This document shows, piece after piece, positions 9,671 to 17,489 of a DNA stretch of 64,000 nucleotides; positions within the stretch are counted from its first letter, which is position 1, and every line of letters begins with the position of its first letter. A model generated the notes under the pieces. That model worked only from the letters and a program-made list of their open reading frames with translations. It was not told where the DNA came from and did no database searches. Made by a program: the position numbers and the translations under genes. Source of the DNA: a virus; IMG/VR virus record IMGVR_UViG_3300037193_002967, positions 8,174 to 72,173 of that record; one strand, given 5' to 3'.

Positions 9671-9934
9671 TTAAAATGGATTAACTGCGCGGCCTGTACG
9701 ATAAAGCCATTGTATGTGGTTTGAAAAAGCATAAATAAATTCGTTATCGTTATTGGTAAACGATTGAATTTTTTCCAATAAATCTGCCATATGAACCAAG
9801 CGAATGCCAGAGGGTGGGCTGAAGTCGCGCACCATACTGTCTAAATTATTGGCAATCTCGGCTTGTCTCTCACTCGAAATACCAAATGCATCTCCAAGAT
9901 TGCCAGCTGTTCGGTCATTGAAAATTAAATTCAT
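9671..9934 (-). CDS. Small protein, paralogue family
   Basis: NLGDAFGISSERQAEIA...TNNDNEFIYAF. Confidence 0.6.
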   Translation of the reverse strand: MNLIFNDRTAGNLGDAFGISSERQAEIANNLDSMVRDFSPPSGIRLVHMADLLEKIQSFTNNDNEFIYAFSNHIQWLYRTGRAVNPF

Positions 9935-10758
9935 AATTCATCTGACGTTGGAGAATTTGAAGAAGTGCTTGGGGATACAGTGCTATTTATTTCTACATGC
10001 GAAATAAAATCTTCATCGGGTACGAACTGCGCTTCCTCGTCGAAGGTAGGATCAACAACTTGAGTTTTGGGTACATCATAAACACGGGCCGCAGTTTCAT
10101 TAGGGTTACGCCCAAGCTTCTTTAAGCTATGGCGTATACATTTTGCCCGTGCAAATTCCGGATCAATACCACCATTAAAACTGGTATAATTTGCGTTGGC
10201 AAAATTAAGCGACGTATTATCTACGTTCTGCTGATTGCGGGAATTGTCTTTATGGGAAGCTTTGCGCCATCTCATAAAATCGCCTTCGTCAAAAGAATAA
10301 TCTTCCCACCGGGGACTTCCATATGAGGGCAAAAGTAACCGCATGCTCACCTTTATTACTTTCCCACTCGAATCTTTTTCAACCTGCGGATTAGTATAGT
10401 CTAAAATCCGTCCTTCCTGCCTCATAATACTAATTAGTCCATTACAGGTGGGAGTGATTTCTAAAACCGACTTCCAATTTGGAGCTTGCTTGGTGCCGGT
10501 ATTAACTGACCTGGTTTTCACATATACTAGACCGGCATATGGATCAAGACTAAGATTTGATTTTATCACACTTCGCATCGCTAAAACGATGCTTTGAGGT
10601 TCGCACTTTAAAATATCTGGTTTCGAAAAAGCTAACGCTTCAAGGTACATTATTTCCTGAGAAACTATAGCAGACAGATCAGCACCAGGGCGAGCATTTA
10701 TTTTCAATAAATGCTCAAGAGTTGATTGTTCTTTGCGGACTATTTCAAGTTGTTGCAT
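9931..10758 (-). CDS. recT: RecT-family single-strand annealing recombinase
   Basis: CEPQSIVLAMRSVIKSNLSLDPYAGLVYV, GLISI and ARAKCIRHSLK resemble RecT motifs; acidic tail. Confidence 0.7.
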   Translation of the reverse strand: MQQLEIVRKEQSTLEHLLKINARPGADLSAIVSQEIMYLEALAFSKPDILKCEPQSIVLAMRSVIKSNLSLDPYAGLVYVKTRSVNTGTKQAPNWKSVLEITPTCNGLISIMRQEGRILDYTNPQVEKDSSGKVIKVSMRLLLPSYGSPRWEDYSFDEGDFMRWRKASHKDNSRNQQNVDNTSLNFANANYTSFNGGIDPEFARAKCIRHSLKKLGRNPNETAARVYDVPKTQVVDPTFDEEAQFVPDEDFISHVEINSTVSPSTSSNSPTSDEL

Positions 10759-10771
10759 TGGATTTGTTTAA

Positions 10772-11014
10772 TTATTTTACAGCCGCTAATTTAGAAGGTT
10801 TACGAACATCAACCAAATTTTTTTTGATTTCATTCAAATTAACCAATAAAATATAATTATTGCCAATTAAATCAAAAGCATAAACACCTGGCAAAGTTCC
10901 ATTTCTATAATAGCGCTGAAATACTGCCTGTTTTGTGCATCCCATTCGTTTGGCATACTCCCTCACAGTCATCGATTGAAGATCGTTAACTTTTGACTTT
11001 ATTTTCTTCGTCAT
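10772..11014 (-). CDS. Small HTH DNA-binding protein
   Basis: MTVREYAKRMGCTKQAVFQR; first gene at the divergent junction. Confidence 0.65.
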   Translation of the reverse strand: MTKKIKSKVNDLQSMTVREYAKRMGCTKQAVFQRYYRNGTLPGVYAFDLIGNNYILLVNLNEIKKNLVDVRKPSKLAAVK

Positions 11015-11067
11015 TAAAAATATTTTTGGTAAATTTAGTTGATGGTTGTAAACTTGCCAAATAATTT

Positions 11068-11388
11068 ATGCGCGTCACCCAAAAATATCTTCTTAATTGG
11101 CTTAAAGCTAAGTTCGAACAACTAGAAATCGAATATGTGCCATATGATATCCAAAAGACAAGATTTCATCCAAGTCAATACGAAGCAGGGGCGGCTAATT
11201 TCTTAATTAGGGCCAGACATAAAACGTGTAAATCCGATTACTTTGCTGATGCGATAATCTTAGTCCCATTTCCCTTGTGGGATTACCAAGGGGCATTAAA
11301 TAACGGTTATGAATTATTTTGGGAGCCAAGGACAGAAAGATGTGGTTACTTTATTAATGATTCAAATTTAATTTATAGAAAAAAATGA
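11068..11388 (+). CDS. Hypothetical protein
   Basis: First ORF of the rightward arm; ATGA-coupled to the next gene. Confidence 0.6.
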   Translation: MRVTQKYLLNWLKAKFEQLEIEYVPYDIQKTRFHPSQYEAGAANFLIRARHKTCKSDYFADAIILVPFPLWDYQGALNNGYELFWEPRTERCGYFINDSNLIYRKK

Positions 11389-11648
11389 CAACGATAATTC
11401 TTCTTTTAATTTTAAGTCTCATACAACTATATAGCCTATATATAAATAGGCGCATTGAGAAAGTTTTCAGTTTTAGAAGCTATATTCTTAAATTGGTTAA
11501 AGATGCGTCAATTAAAAGCGGGAGAAACCGGTTTGTAGATTTATACGTAAAACTGCCCCACCCTAAAGAGATGATCTACTCGTTTAAACCTTTGAAACTA
11601 GAATCTTTTTATACCGAAAAAGAAATAAATGAATTATTGGGATTATGA
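11385..11648 (+). CDS. Small membrane-anchored protein
   Basis: N-terminal hydrophobic helix; ATGA overlaps. Confidence 0.55.
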   Translation: MTTIILLLILSLIQLYSLYINRRIEKVFSFRSYILKLVKDASIKSGRNRFVDLYVKLPHPKEMIYSFKPLKLESFYTEKEINELLGL

Positions 11649-12127
11649 TCTCACAGGTAGACCCATATTTCAAGTTAGAAAAATTACGAGTTTATATAAA
11701 TAATTGGATAGATAAATATCCAAAATGGTGTAACTCTTATAATTTCGAACAGTTTTTTTATAGAAAATATCCGGAATCCATACCTGGGACACCAGAATTT
11801 TATAAGGTAATAGCGACCCATTGTTATTACTGTAACAGATCATTTGAGCGCGATACAAAAAATTTTTGTGCAACGATCGACCACTTTGAGCCAAAATCAC
11901 TGGGACAAACAACAAAATATGTAATTGCCTGTATTGATTGCAATACGCGAAAAGGCAACATGTCACCAGAAATATTATTATCAAGGTTCGGTTATGCGCA
12001 TTTGAGAGGTTTGCCTTTGTGGGGATATCAGGGTAAAAAATTGAAATTCATTTATACCCAAATACAAAAGATAAACAACGATCGATTATATAACATGGGG
12101 CCATCGGTTTATTATATTAAGCGTTGA
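11645..12127 (+). CDS. HNH endonuclease
   Basis: CYYC...TIDHFEPKSLG...ACIDCNTRKG. Confidence 0.85.
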   Translation: MISQVDPYFKLEKLRVYINNWIDKYPKWCNSYNFEQFFYRKYPESIPGTPEFYKVIATHCYYCNRSFERDTKNFCATIDHFEPKSLGQTTKYVIACIDCNTRKGNMSPEILLSRFGYAHLRGLPLWGYQGKKLKFIYTQIQKINNDRLYNMGPSVYYIKR

Positions 12128-13311
12128 ACAATATGGAGGACAAATATACAAAGACACAACAGGAATTCTTAAATAAGGTAATTGAAGGAAAAAATATTTT
12201 CTTGACTGGGAATGCTGGGGCGGGTAAATCATTCATACTAAAAGAAGCAAGAGATATTTTAACTGGTCTAAGACGTCCTGTAATCGTAGTGGCTCCTACG
12301 GGAATCGCTGCGACTAATGTCGATGGCGCAACTATTCATAGTATATTTCGAATAAATCCATACGGAATTCAAGATGAAACCACCGCAAATTGGGTGAGCC
12401 CAGCACGGCGCGAAGTTCTTCGCAAAGCAAGCGTAATAATATTTGATGAAGTGAGCATGTTGCGGCCGGATGTGCTAGATGCTACTCATTGGACATTAAA
12501 GAAAAATGGACTGGGTGGCCTTTGTAGATACCAGATTATATTAGTCGGGGATATGATGCAACTCCCGCCTATTTTAAATGATAATGAACGTAGCATTTTG
12601 TATCGAAGCTATGATGGCGATACTTTTGAGTATGCTCATATTTACCCCGCGCTGAATATAGAACGCGTGGAATTGCTAGAAATAAAACGCCAAACTGATC
12701 CGGAATTCATTGCTGCTTTGAATGTAATCAGAAATGGAGGTAAGCATAAGTACTTCAGGCAATTTATTCATACGGAGCCAGCAGGGATTATTTTAGCGCC
12801 ACATATATCTACTGTTCAAAAATATAATGAAGCGGGTCTAAATGATCAAAAAGGGGAACTTTTTACATTTAAAGCTACTATTGAAGGAAATGCAGAAGAA
12901 AAAGATTTTCATTTGGAGCCCGAGATACGTGTTAAAAATGGATGCAAAATTATGTACCTGGCAAACAGCGAGGATAACCCGTTGCGAAATGGTACATTAG
13001 GAATTTTTGTAAGCCACGCAGGGTGCCATTACATTCGTGTAGGCAATACGGATTTTGCCCTTGAGCCTGTAACTATTTCAAAAAAAGACTACGTATATGA
13101 TAAGGAAAAAGATGATATCATTTTGAAAGACATAGGTAGCATTACTCAATATCCAATTAAGCTCGCATATGCTTTAACGATACATAAAAGCCAGGGATTA
13201 ACATTTGATGAAGCGACAATTGACCTACGAAGGCCAACTTTTGCAAAAGGCCAAATGTATGTTGCACTTAGTCGATTAAGCAAGCCCGAAGGATTAAGAA
13301 TAATTATTTAA
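12124..13311 (+). CDS. PIF1/RecD-like SF1B helicase
   Basis: TGNAGAGKS, APTGIAA, DEVSM, VGDMMQLPP, AYALTIHKSQGLT, YVALSR. Confidence 0.92.
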   Translation: MNNMEDKYTKTQQEFLNKVIEGKNIFLTGNAGAGKSFILKEARDILTGLRRPVIVVAPTGIAATNVDGATIHSIFRINPYGIQDETTANWVSPARREVLRKASVIIFDEVSMLRPDVLDATHWTLKKNGLGGLCRYQIILVGDMMQLPPILNDNERSILYRSYDGDTFEYAHIYPALNIERVELLEIKRQTDPEFIAALNVIRNGGKHKYFRQFIHTEPAGIILAPHISTVQKYNEAGLNDQKGELFTFKATIEGNAEEKDFHLEPEIRVKNGCKIMYLANSEDNPLRNGTLGIFVSHAGCHYIRVGNTDFALEPVTISKKDYVYDKEKDDIILKDIGSITQYPIKLAYALTIHKSQGLTFDEATIDLRRPTFAKGQMYVALSRLSKPEGLRIII

Positions 13312-13577
13312 TGGGCTGTAAAGGAACCATACAGTTGATAAGAAGAGATGATGATTCTATTGTTAGAAGACAGGTTTATCATTCCTTTACCAAAAAGGAA
13401 GCTATTATTGAAACATGGAAAAAATTGTATGGTAAAAAATTTTATGAAATATTGAAGATAGTAGAAGTGCCTGAGCAGCGGCTTCGCAAGCAAAAGTCGG
13501 AAAAGAAAAATAAAGTTGCCAACTATGGCAAGCTTCATCGCAATCATAACACTTCAGGATTTAAAAAGAAATATTAA
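13311..13577 (+). CDS. Basic hypothetical protein
   Basis: TAATG coupling to the helicase. Confidence 0.55.
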   Translation: MGCKGTIQLIRRDDDSIVRRQVYHSFTKKEAIIETWKKLYGKKFYEILKIVEVPEQRLRKQKSEKKNKVANYGKLHRNHNTSGFKKKY

Positions 13578-13599
13578 TTAAGTAATAAAAAGCAATCAC

Positions 13600-14079
13600 A
13601 TGTTTAACACTAAAGCGCAACAACAACGAAAAATTCAACAAACCCACCACGAAATTGATACGAACCCCATGACACCTGAAGAATTAATGAAGCCACGGTA
13701 TAAGGTAATCGCTGATTATCCACTAAGTAGATTTATAATAGGGTCTATTGTAGAAGGACAAAAAGGCAGATTTGATGAATGGTTTTTTGAAATAAATGGT
13801 AAAGAACTTCCATTCGACATAACACAATACCCGCATCTCTTCAAAAAGCTGGAATGGTGGGAAGAAAGAAAGCTGGAAGAAATGCCGCAGTATGTGAAGG
13901 AATTCAATTCATTATATAAGATTGGGGAAGTCATAAAAGTTGCCGAATGGAACATGGGAGATGAAGAGCCCAATATACCTTGTTTTAGAGATGAGACGGA
14001 TAATTCTTTTACATGGGTTCGTGGCTTTCATCCTGCCACCGAGGAAGAATATAATGCATACATAACTCAAATAACATGA
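13600..14079 (+). CDS. Hypothetical phage protein
   Basis: RYKVIADYP...YPHLFKKLEWWEER. Confidence 0.6.
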   Translation: MFNTKAQQQRKIQQTHHEIDTNPMTPEELMKPRYKVIADYPLSRFIIGSIVEGQKGRFDEWFFEINGKELPFDITQYPHLFKKLEWWEERKLEEMPQYVKEFNSLYKIGEVIKVAEWNMGDEEPNIPCFRDETDNSFTWVRGFHPATEEEYNAYITQIT

Positions 14080-15284
14080 AAAAACAATTGTTACTATTCA
14101 TTCTTTTCTTAGTGGCCTTTATAGCGAATGCGCAGACTTTTCCGATAAAGATCGACGCTATTCGATATGATGCGATGTTAGGAGTTGCTGTAGAAGAAAG
14201 TCTTGAGGGCGGAATGCATGTAACAAATGTTAACGCCGGTGATTACATTGATTTCAAGATCAACATCCAAACCGACGCAGTGTATTTCTTCAAGGTGCGA
14301 ACCGCTGGCCATGGTGGCATGCACGGTGGGATATTACAAATCCGTGATTCCGCCAATAGAATTTTGGGTACGATTAAAACGCCACCCACCCAAAATAAGC
14401 AAGCGTTTGCTATAGGAGCAGGCCGGATTCGAATGCTTCCTGGATATAGAACCTACCGAATATACGCGATAACTGAAATCTTAAATTTCAAATCGATTGA
14501 AATTGATACGTCCAACTACCGGCACTACATGACCTTCACGCCGCTGGTGGCCGGCAACAGCACCTGGGAGAATACCCATGATGTTAATGGTTGGATCAAA
14601 GAGATCAATAACGCCCGCCCTGCTGCCGCTACGATCGTCGAGAACCCCTTTGGGAAACCCGGCTGGGCGATGAAGTTCGAGCAGCGGAAGACTGATACCC
14701 CTGCGGCTGTGAGGGCTGAAATGAGGTTAACGAGTCTTTCTAATGAGCCGAGGGAGGGGTGGTGGAGTTGGAGTGAATACTTGCCATCTGAAGATTGGGC
14801 GGCGTCCGACCCGCATCAGGACGTTTCGGGGCAATGGCATGAGCGGCCAGATTTTCATTTAGGTGAAACATGGCGAAGCCCGCCAATTATGAAAAAAATT
14901 CAGAATGGAAAATATTGGGTGAATATTATTTGGGCATCCGCTGCCGTCAACAGCAATCCATTCAGCTATGATGGACAGGCAACTATTGATTGTGGCCCTG
15001 TGTTGACTGATCAATGGGTTGATTGGGTATTTCACATTAAGTACGCTTACGACAATACCGGTATTCTGGAAGTCTGGAAGAATGGAGTTAAAGTGGTAGA
15101 AAGGATCAACATGCCGAACAGTTTCAACGATGTTGATGTGCCGTATTTTAAGATCGGTGTATATAAAGGCGCATGGTGCTGCGCGGAATATCACGCCACA
15201 TCCCCGGGCACGAAAAGAACTATATATATCCGCAACGTGAAAATAGGCAAACCGAATAGTTTTTATAATGAAATGAAACAGTAA
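14076..15284 (+). CDS. Secreted CBM6-like + polysaccharide lyase-like (jelly-roll) protein
   Basis: Signal peptide MKKQLLLFILFLVAFIANAQ; CBM-like VNAGDYIDFKINI...FKVRTA; lyase-like RAEMR, GQWH, WVDWVFHIK...GILEVWKNG, PYFKIGVYK. Confidence 0.75.
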   Translation: MKKQLLLFILFLVAFIANAQTFPIKIDAIRYDAMLGVAVEESLEGGMHVTNVNAGDYIDFKINIQTDAVYFFKVRTAGHGGMHGGILQIRDSANRILGTIKTPPTQNKQAFAIGAGRIRMLPGYRTYRIYAITEILNFKSIEIDTSNYRHYMTFTPLVAGNSTWENTHDVNGWIKEINNARPAAATIVENPFGKPGWAMKFEQRKTDTPAAVRAEMRLTSLSNEPREGWWSWSEYLPSEDWAASDPHQDVSGQWHERPDFHLGETWRSPPIMKKIQNGKYWVNIIWASAAVNSNPFSYDGQATIDCGPVLTDQWVDWVFHIKYAYDNTGILEVWKNGVKVVERINMPNSFNDVDVPYFKIGVYKGAWCCAEYHATSPGTKRTIYIRNVKIGKPNSFYNEMKQ

Positions 15285-15291
15285 ACCAACA

Positions 15292-15564
15292 ATGACACTA
15301 CCGAAGGAAACAATTGAAAGGATCAATAAGGATGCAAATAAAATGTGGACTACTGATACGCCCCATATTGGATACCAATTTGGCCCCAAACAAAGAGCGT
15401 ACATTTTTGGCCGCTGCCAGGAAGCTGAACGCGCCAGGGTATTGGTAGAGGCGTTGGAGAAGATCGGTACTTTCTTCCCGAACGTCGATAATGCCAAAGA
15501 CATGAAACGTATTGCAATCGAAGCCCTTTCATCATACAATAAAACGCAGGAAGATGGGATATGA
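15292..15564 (+). CDS. Hypothetical protein
   Basis: Co-oriented ORF. Confidence 0.55.
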   Translation: MTLPKETIERINKDANKMWTTDTPHIGYQFGPKQRAYIFGRCQEAERARVLVEALEKIGTFFPNVDNAKDMKRIAIEALSSYNKTQEDGI

Positions 15565-15967
15565 TTTAATACCAAAAAACAAAAAGCTAGACTCGTTTTC
15601 TGTAGGATGGCTTACATGGCCAATGTTTCTTCAAGAAACAGGTATGGGGTATATATTAGGCTATGGAACAGGGATGAAGCCCGGCAGCTATGTTTATCAG
15701 GGTGGTAACAATGGATCACCATCATCAAATGATGGATATAAGGTTTCATCAAAAGAAGCGAAGATGATGGCGGCCGTTGCTCGTGGATATGTGTCAGTAC
15801 AAAGGTATGTCAATAAAGAATGGGAAGCTATACCAGCCGAACAGTTACCTAGCTACGAAAATGCACAAGCAGGGATATATCGGGCCAAGATTCACGAAGA
15901 TCATTTAGTGAAACTTGAAAAATTTGCTGACTTCGCAGAAGAATCGGGTGGCTTTTCAATTAATTAA
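15554..15967 (+). CDS. Hypothetical phage protein
   Basis: MGYDL...SNDG...FAEESGGFSI; ATG at 15554. Confidence 0.65.
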   Translation: MGYDLIPKNKKLDSFSVGWLTWPMFLQETGMGYILGYGTGMKPGSYVYQGGNNGSPSSNDGYKVSSKEAKMMAAVARGYVSVQRYVNKEWEAIPAEQLPSYENAQAGIYRAKIHEDHLVKLEKFADFAEESGGFSIN

Positions 15968-15979
15968 ACACCATCAACA

Positions 15980-16327
15980 ATGCAAAAGGAAACAATATTT
16001 GAAATGAATGAAGTGATTGCCCGGTTTATGGCGCTTGAAGAACGACATGACGAGTGGCGAGCACCGCATCCAACCCTTGTATTTCTTTATGATAATGCGT
16101 GGACGCCAGTACCTCGACTAAAATACCATTCATCATGGGATTGGATCATACCAGTTTGGATCAAGTTCAGAAAATTAGAGTTAGATAATAAATATTTTTC
16201 CGAATGGTGTAATAGTTTAAGCTGGTATTTATATAGTTCGGACGAACCTTCTCGCTTTGCAGAAAGACTATATTATGCTATTCAATGGTATAATAAATAC
16301 AGTAACTCGTACTCAAATTTGTGTTGA
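15980..16327 (+). CDS. Hypothetical phage protein
   Basis: NEVIARFM...YHSSWDWIIPV motif. Confidence 0.65.
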   Translation: MQKETIFEMNEVIARFMALEERHDEWRAPHPTLVFLYDNAWTPVPRLKYHSSWDWIIPVWIKFRKLELDNKYFSEWCNSLSWYLYSSDEPSRFAERLYYAIQWYNKYSNSYSNLC

Positions 16328-16406
16328 GTAAAGTGGAGTATAGTACTGCTATGTAATGTCGGGTGCCGTTCAGTGATGCGCCGTTATGTCTAGTATTGTA
16401 AAGTTT
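16322..16406 (+). repeat. NGY-NN pentamer array 1 (17 units), putative guide RNA
   Basis: tgttg agtaa agtgg agtat agtac tgcta tgtaa tgtcg ggtgc cgttc agtga tgcgc cgtta tgtct agtat tgtaa agttt; 17/17 have GY at positions 2-3. Confidence 0.9.
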
Positions 16407-16423
16407 TTAAAACAATAAAGTAT

Positions 16424-16990
16424 ATGATCTACACAGTAAAAATCGAAGGCGTTACGCCTTATATGCAACATCGCATGGACGATGTTAAATTAGCCGACTG
16501 GGAAAAGAACCGCAAACAGATCATCGAACGTCCGGATGTGGCCCTCGAAGATGCAAAGCGGGCGGAATATCATTGTTACAGAAATAAAGATGGGCATTGC
16601 TATATCCCATCAGAACAGCTTAGAATAGCTATGATCAATGGAGGCACTTACTTAAAAAGTAAAGTTGGTACTAAAACCAAAAGTATGAAAGGCATTATTG
16701 CCGCTGTTCTTCAAATCACCCCTGAGCAAATATTGCTGCCAGATTATGATGAAATTGATAAAAGGTCAGCCGTAAATAAAAATGTTAAAGCCAGGGTAAT
16801 GGTGATCCGCCCAAAATGGTCCCAGTGGGAAACCCAGTTTGATATGATCTTGGATAATGGGACTCTTACAAAAGAAATGCTTACAGAACTTGTAAATGTT
16901 ACTGGTAATTATGTAGGCATCGGAAGTTATCGGCCTACTAACAATGGGTATTTTGGTAGATTCAAATTAAATGATATTTGCATAAAGTAG
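16424..16990 (+). CDS. Stand-alone Cas7/RAMP-like RNA-binding protein
   Basis: RAMP hallmarks: N-terminal strand IEGVTPYMQH, YIPSEQLRIAM (cf. Cas7-group IPGSSLKG), VIRP, and C-terminal Gly-rich loop GIGSYRPTNNGYFGRF. Confidence 0.8.
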   Translation: MIYTVKIEGVTPYMQHRMDDVKLADWEKNRKQIIERPDVALEDAKRAEYHCYRNKDGHCYIPSEQLRIAMINGGTYLKSKVGTKTKSMKGIIAAVLQITPEQILLPDYDEIDKRSAVNKNVKARVMVIRPKWSQWETQFDMILDNGTLTKEMLTELVNVTGNYVGIGSYRPTNNGYFGRFKLNDICIK

Positions 16991-17080
16991 AGTGATGCGA
17001 TGTTTTGCGGAGTAACGCAATGTTATGCTAAGTCACGTCAAGCGCAATGAAGTAACGTCCTGTACCGTATAGATTTTTTT
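16986..17080 (+). repeat. NGY-NN pentamer array 2 (17 units + AGATTTTTTT)
   Basis: agtag agtga tgcga tgttt tgcgg agtaa cgcaa tgtta tgcta agtca cgtca agcgc aatga agtaa cgtcc tgtac cgtat; 16/17 GY. Confidence 0.9.
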
Positions 17081-17089
17081 AAATAATAA

Positions 17090-17179
17090 AGTAGCGTCGC
17101 GTTACGTTGGGCTAAGTTAGGTGGCTGTGATGTAGGGCAAGGTGTTGTGGGGCGAAGCGCAGTTTAGTATAGATTTTTT
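17090..17179 (+). repeat. NGY-NN pentamer array 3 (16 units, one extra C at 17125)
   Basis: agtag cgtcg cgtta cgttg ggcta agtta ggtgg [c] tgtga tgtag ggcaa ggtgt tgtgg ggcga agcgc agttt agtat, then agatttttt. Confidence 0.9.
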
Positions 17180-17210
17180 AAATTTACTTAATTAAGATAT
17201 TTTATTTTGT

Positions 17211-17317
17211 TGCGATGCAATGTTATGTCATGTAAAGAAATGTACGGTGGAGCAAAGTAATGTCAAGCCACGTGTAGTATCGTCAAGTCAAGAATAGTAA
17301 AGTTTAGTATTGATTTT
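17211..17317 (+). repeat. NGY-NN pentamer array 4 (20 units)
   Basis: tgcga tgcaa tgtta tgtca tgtaa agaaa tgtac ggtgg agcaa agtaa tgtca agcca cgtgt agtat cgtca agtca agaat agtaa agttt agtat, then tgatttt; 18/20 GY. Confidence 0.9.
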
Positions 17318-17345
17318 ATAGCCACTAAAAATATTTTTATTATAC

Positions 17346-17475
17346 TGCTGTGCGTAGTTATGCGTGGCGGCGTAATGTTAAGTTGTGTAAAGTGGAGTTT
17401 AGTAAAATAAGGTGGAGTAAAGTAATGTCAGGCCACGTGTTGTATGGTAAGGTCAAGTTTAGTATAGATTTTTTT
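17346..17475 (+). repeat. NGY-NN pentamer array 5 (24 units)
   Basis: tgctg tgcgt agtta tgcgt ggcgg cgtaa tgtta agttg tgtaa agtgg agttt agtaa aataa ggtgg agtaa agtaa tgtca ggcca cgtgt tgtat ggtaa ggtca agttt agtat, then agattttttt; 23/24 GY. Confidence 0.9.
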
Positions 17476-17489
17476 CAAATAAAAGAACA

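Noticed and set aside
14859-15575. 238-aa minus-strand ORF and similar antisense ORFs (e.g. 23620-24060, 36449-36754)
   Set aside because: Shadows of well-supported plus-strand genes, with no motifs
16322-17475. Canonical CRISPR array, simple microsatellite or coding repeat
   Set aside because: No 25-45-nt direct repeats with spacers; units differ in three of five positions yet stay in phase; a 5-nt period is incompatible with codons and the ORF track shows no long ORF across the arrays
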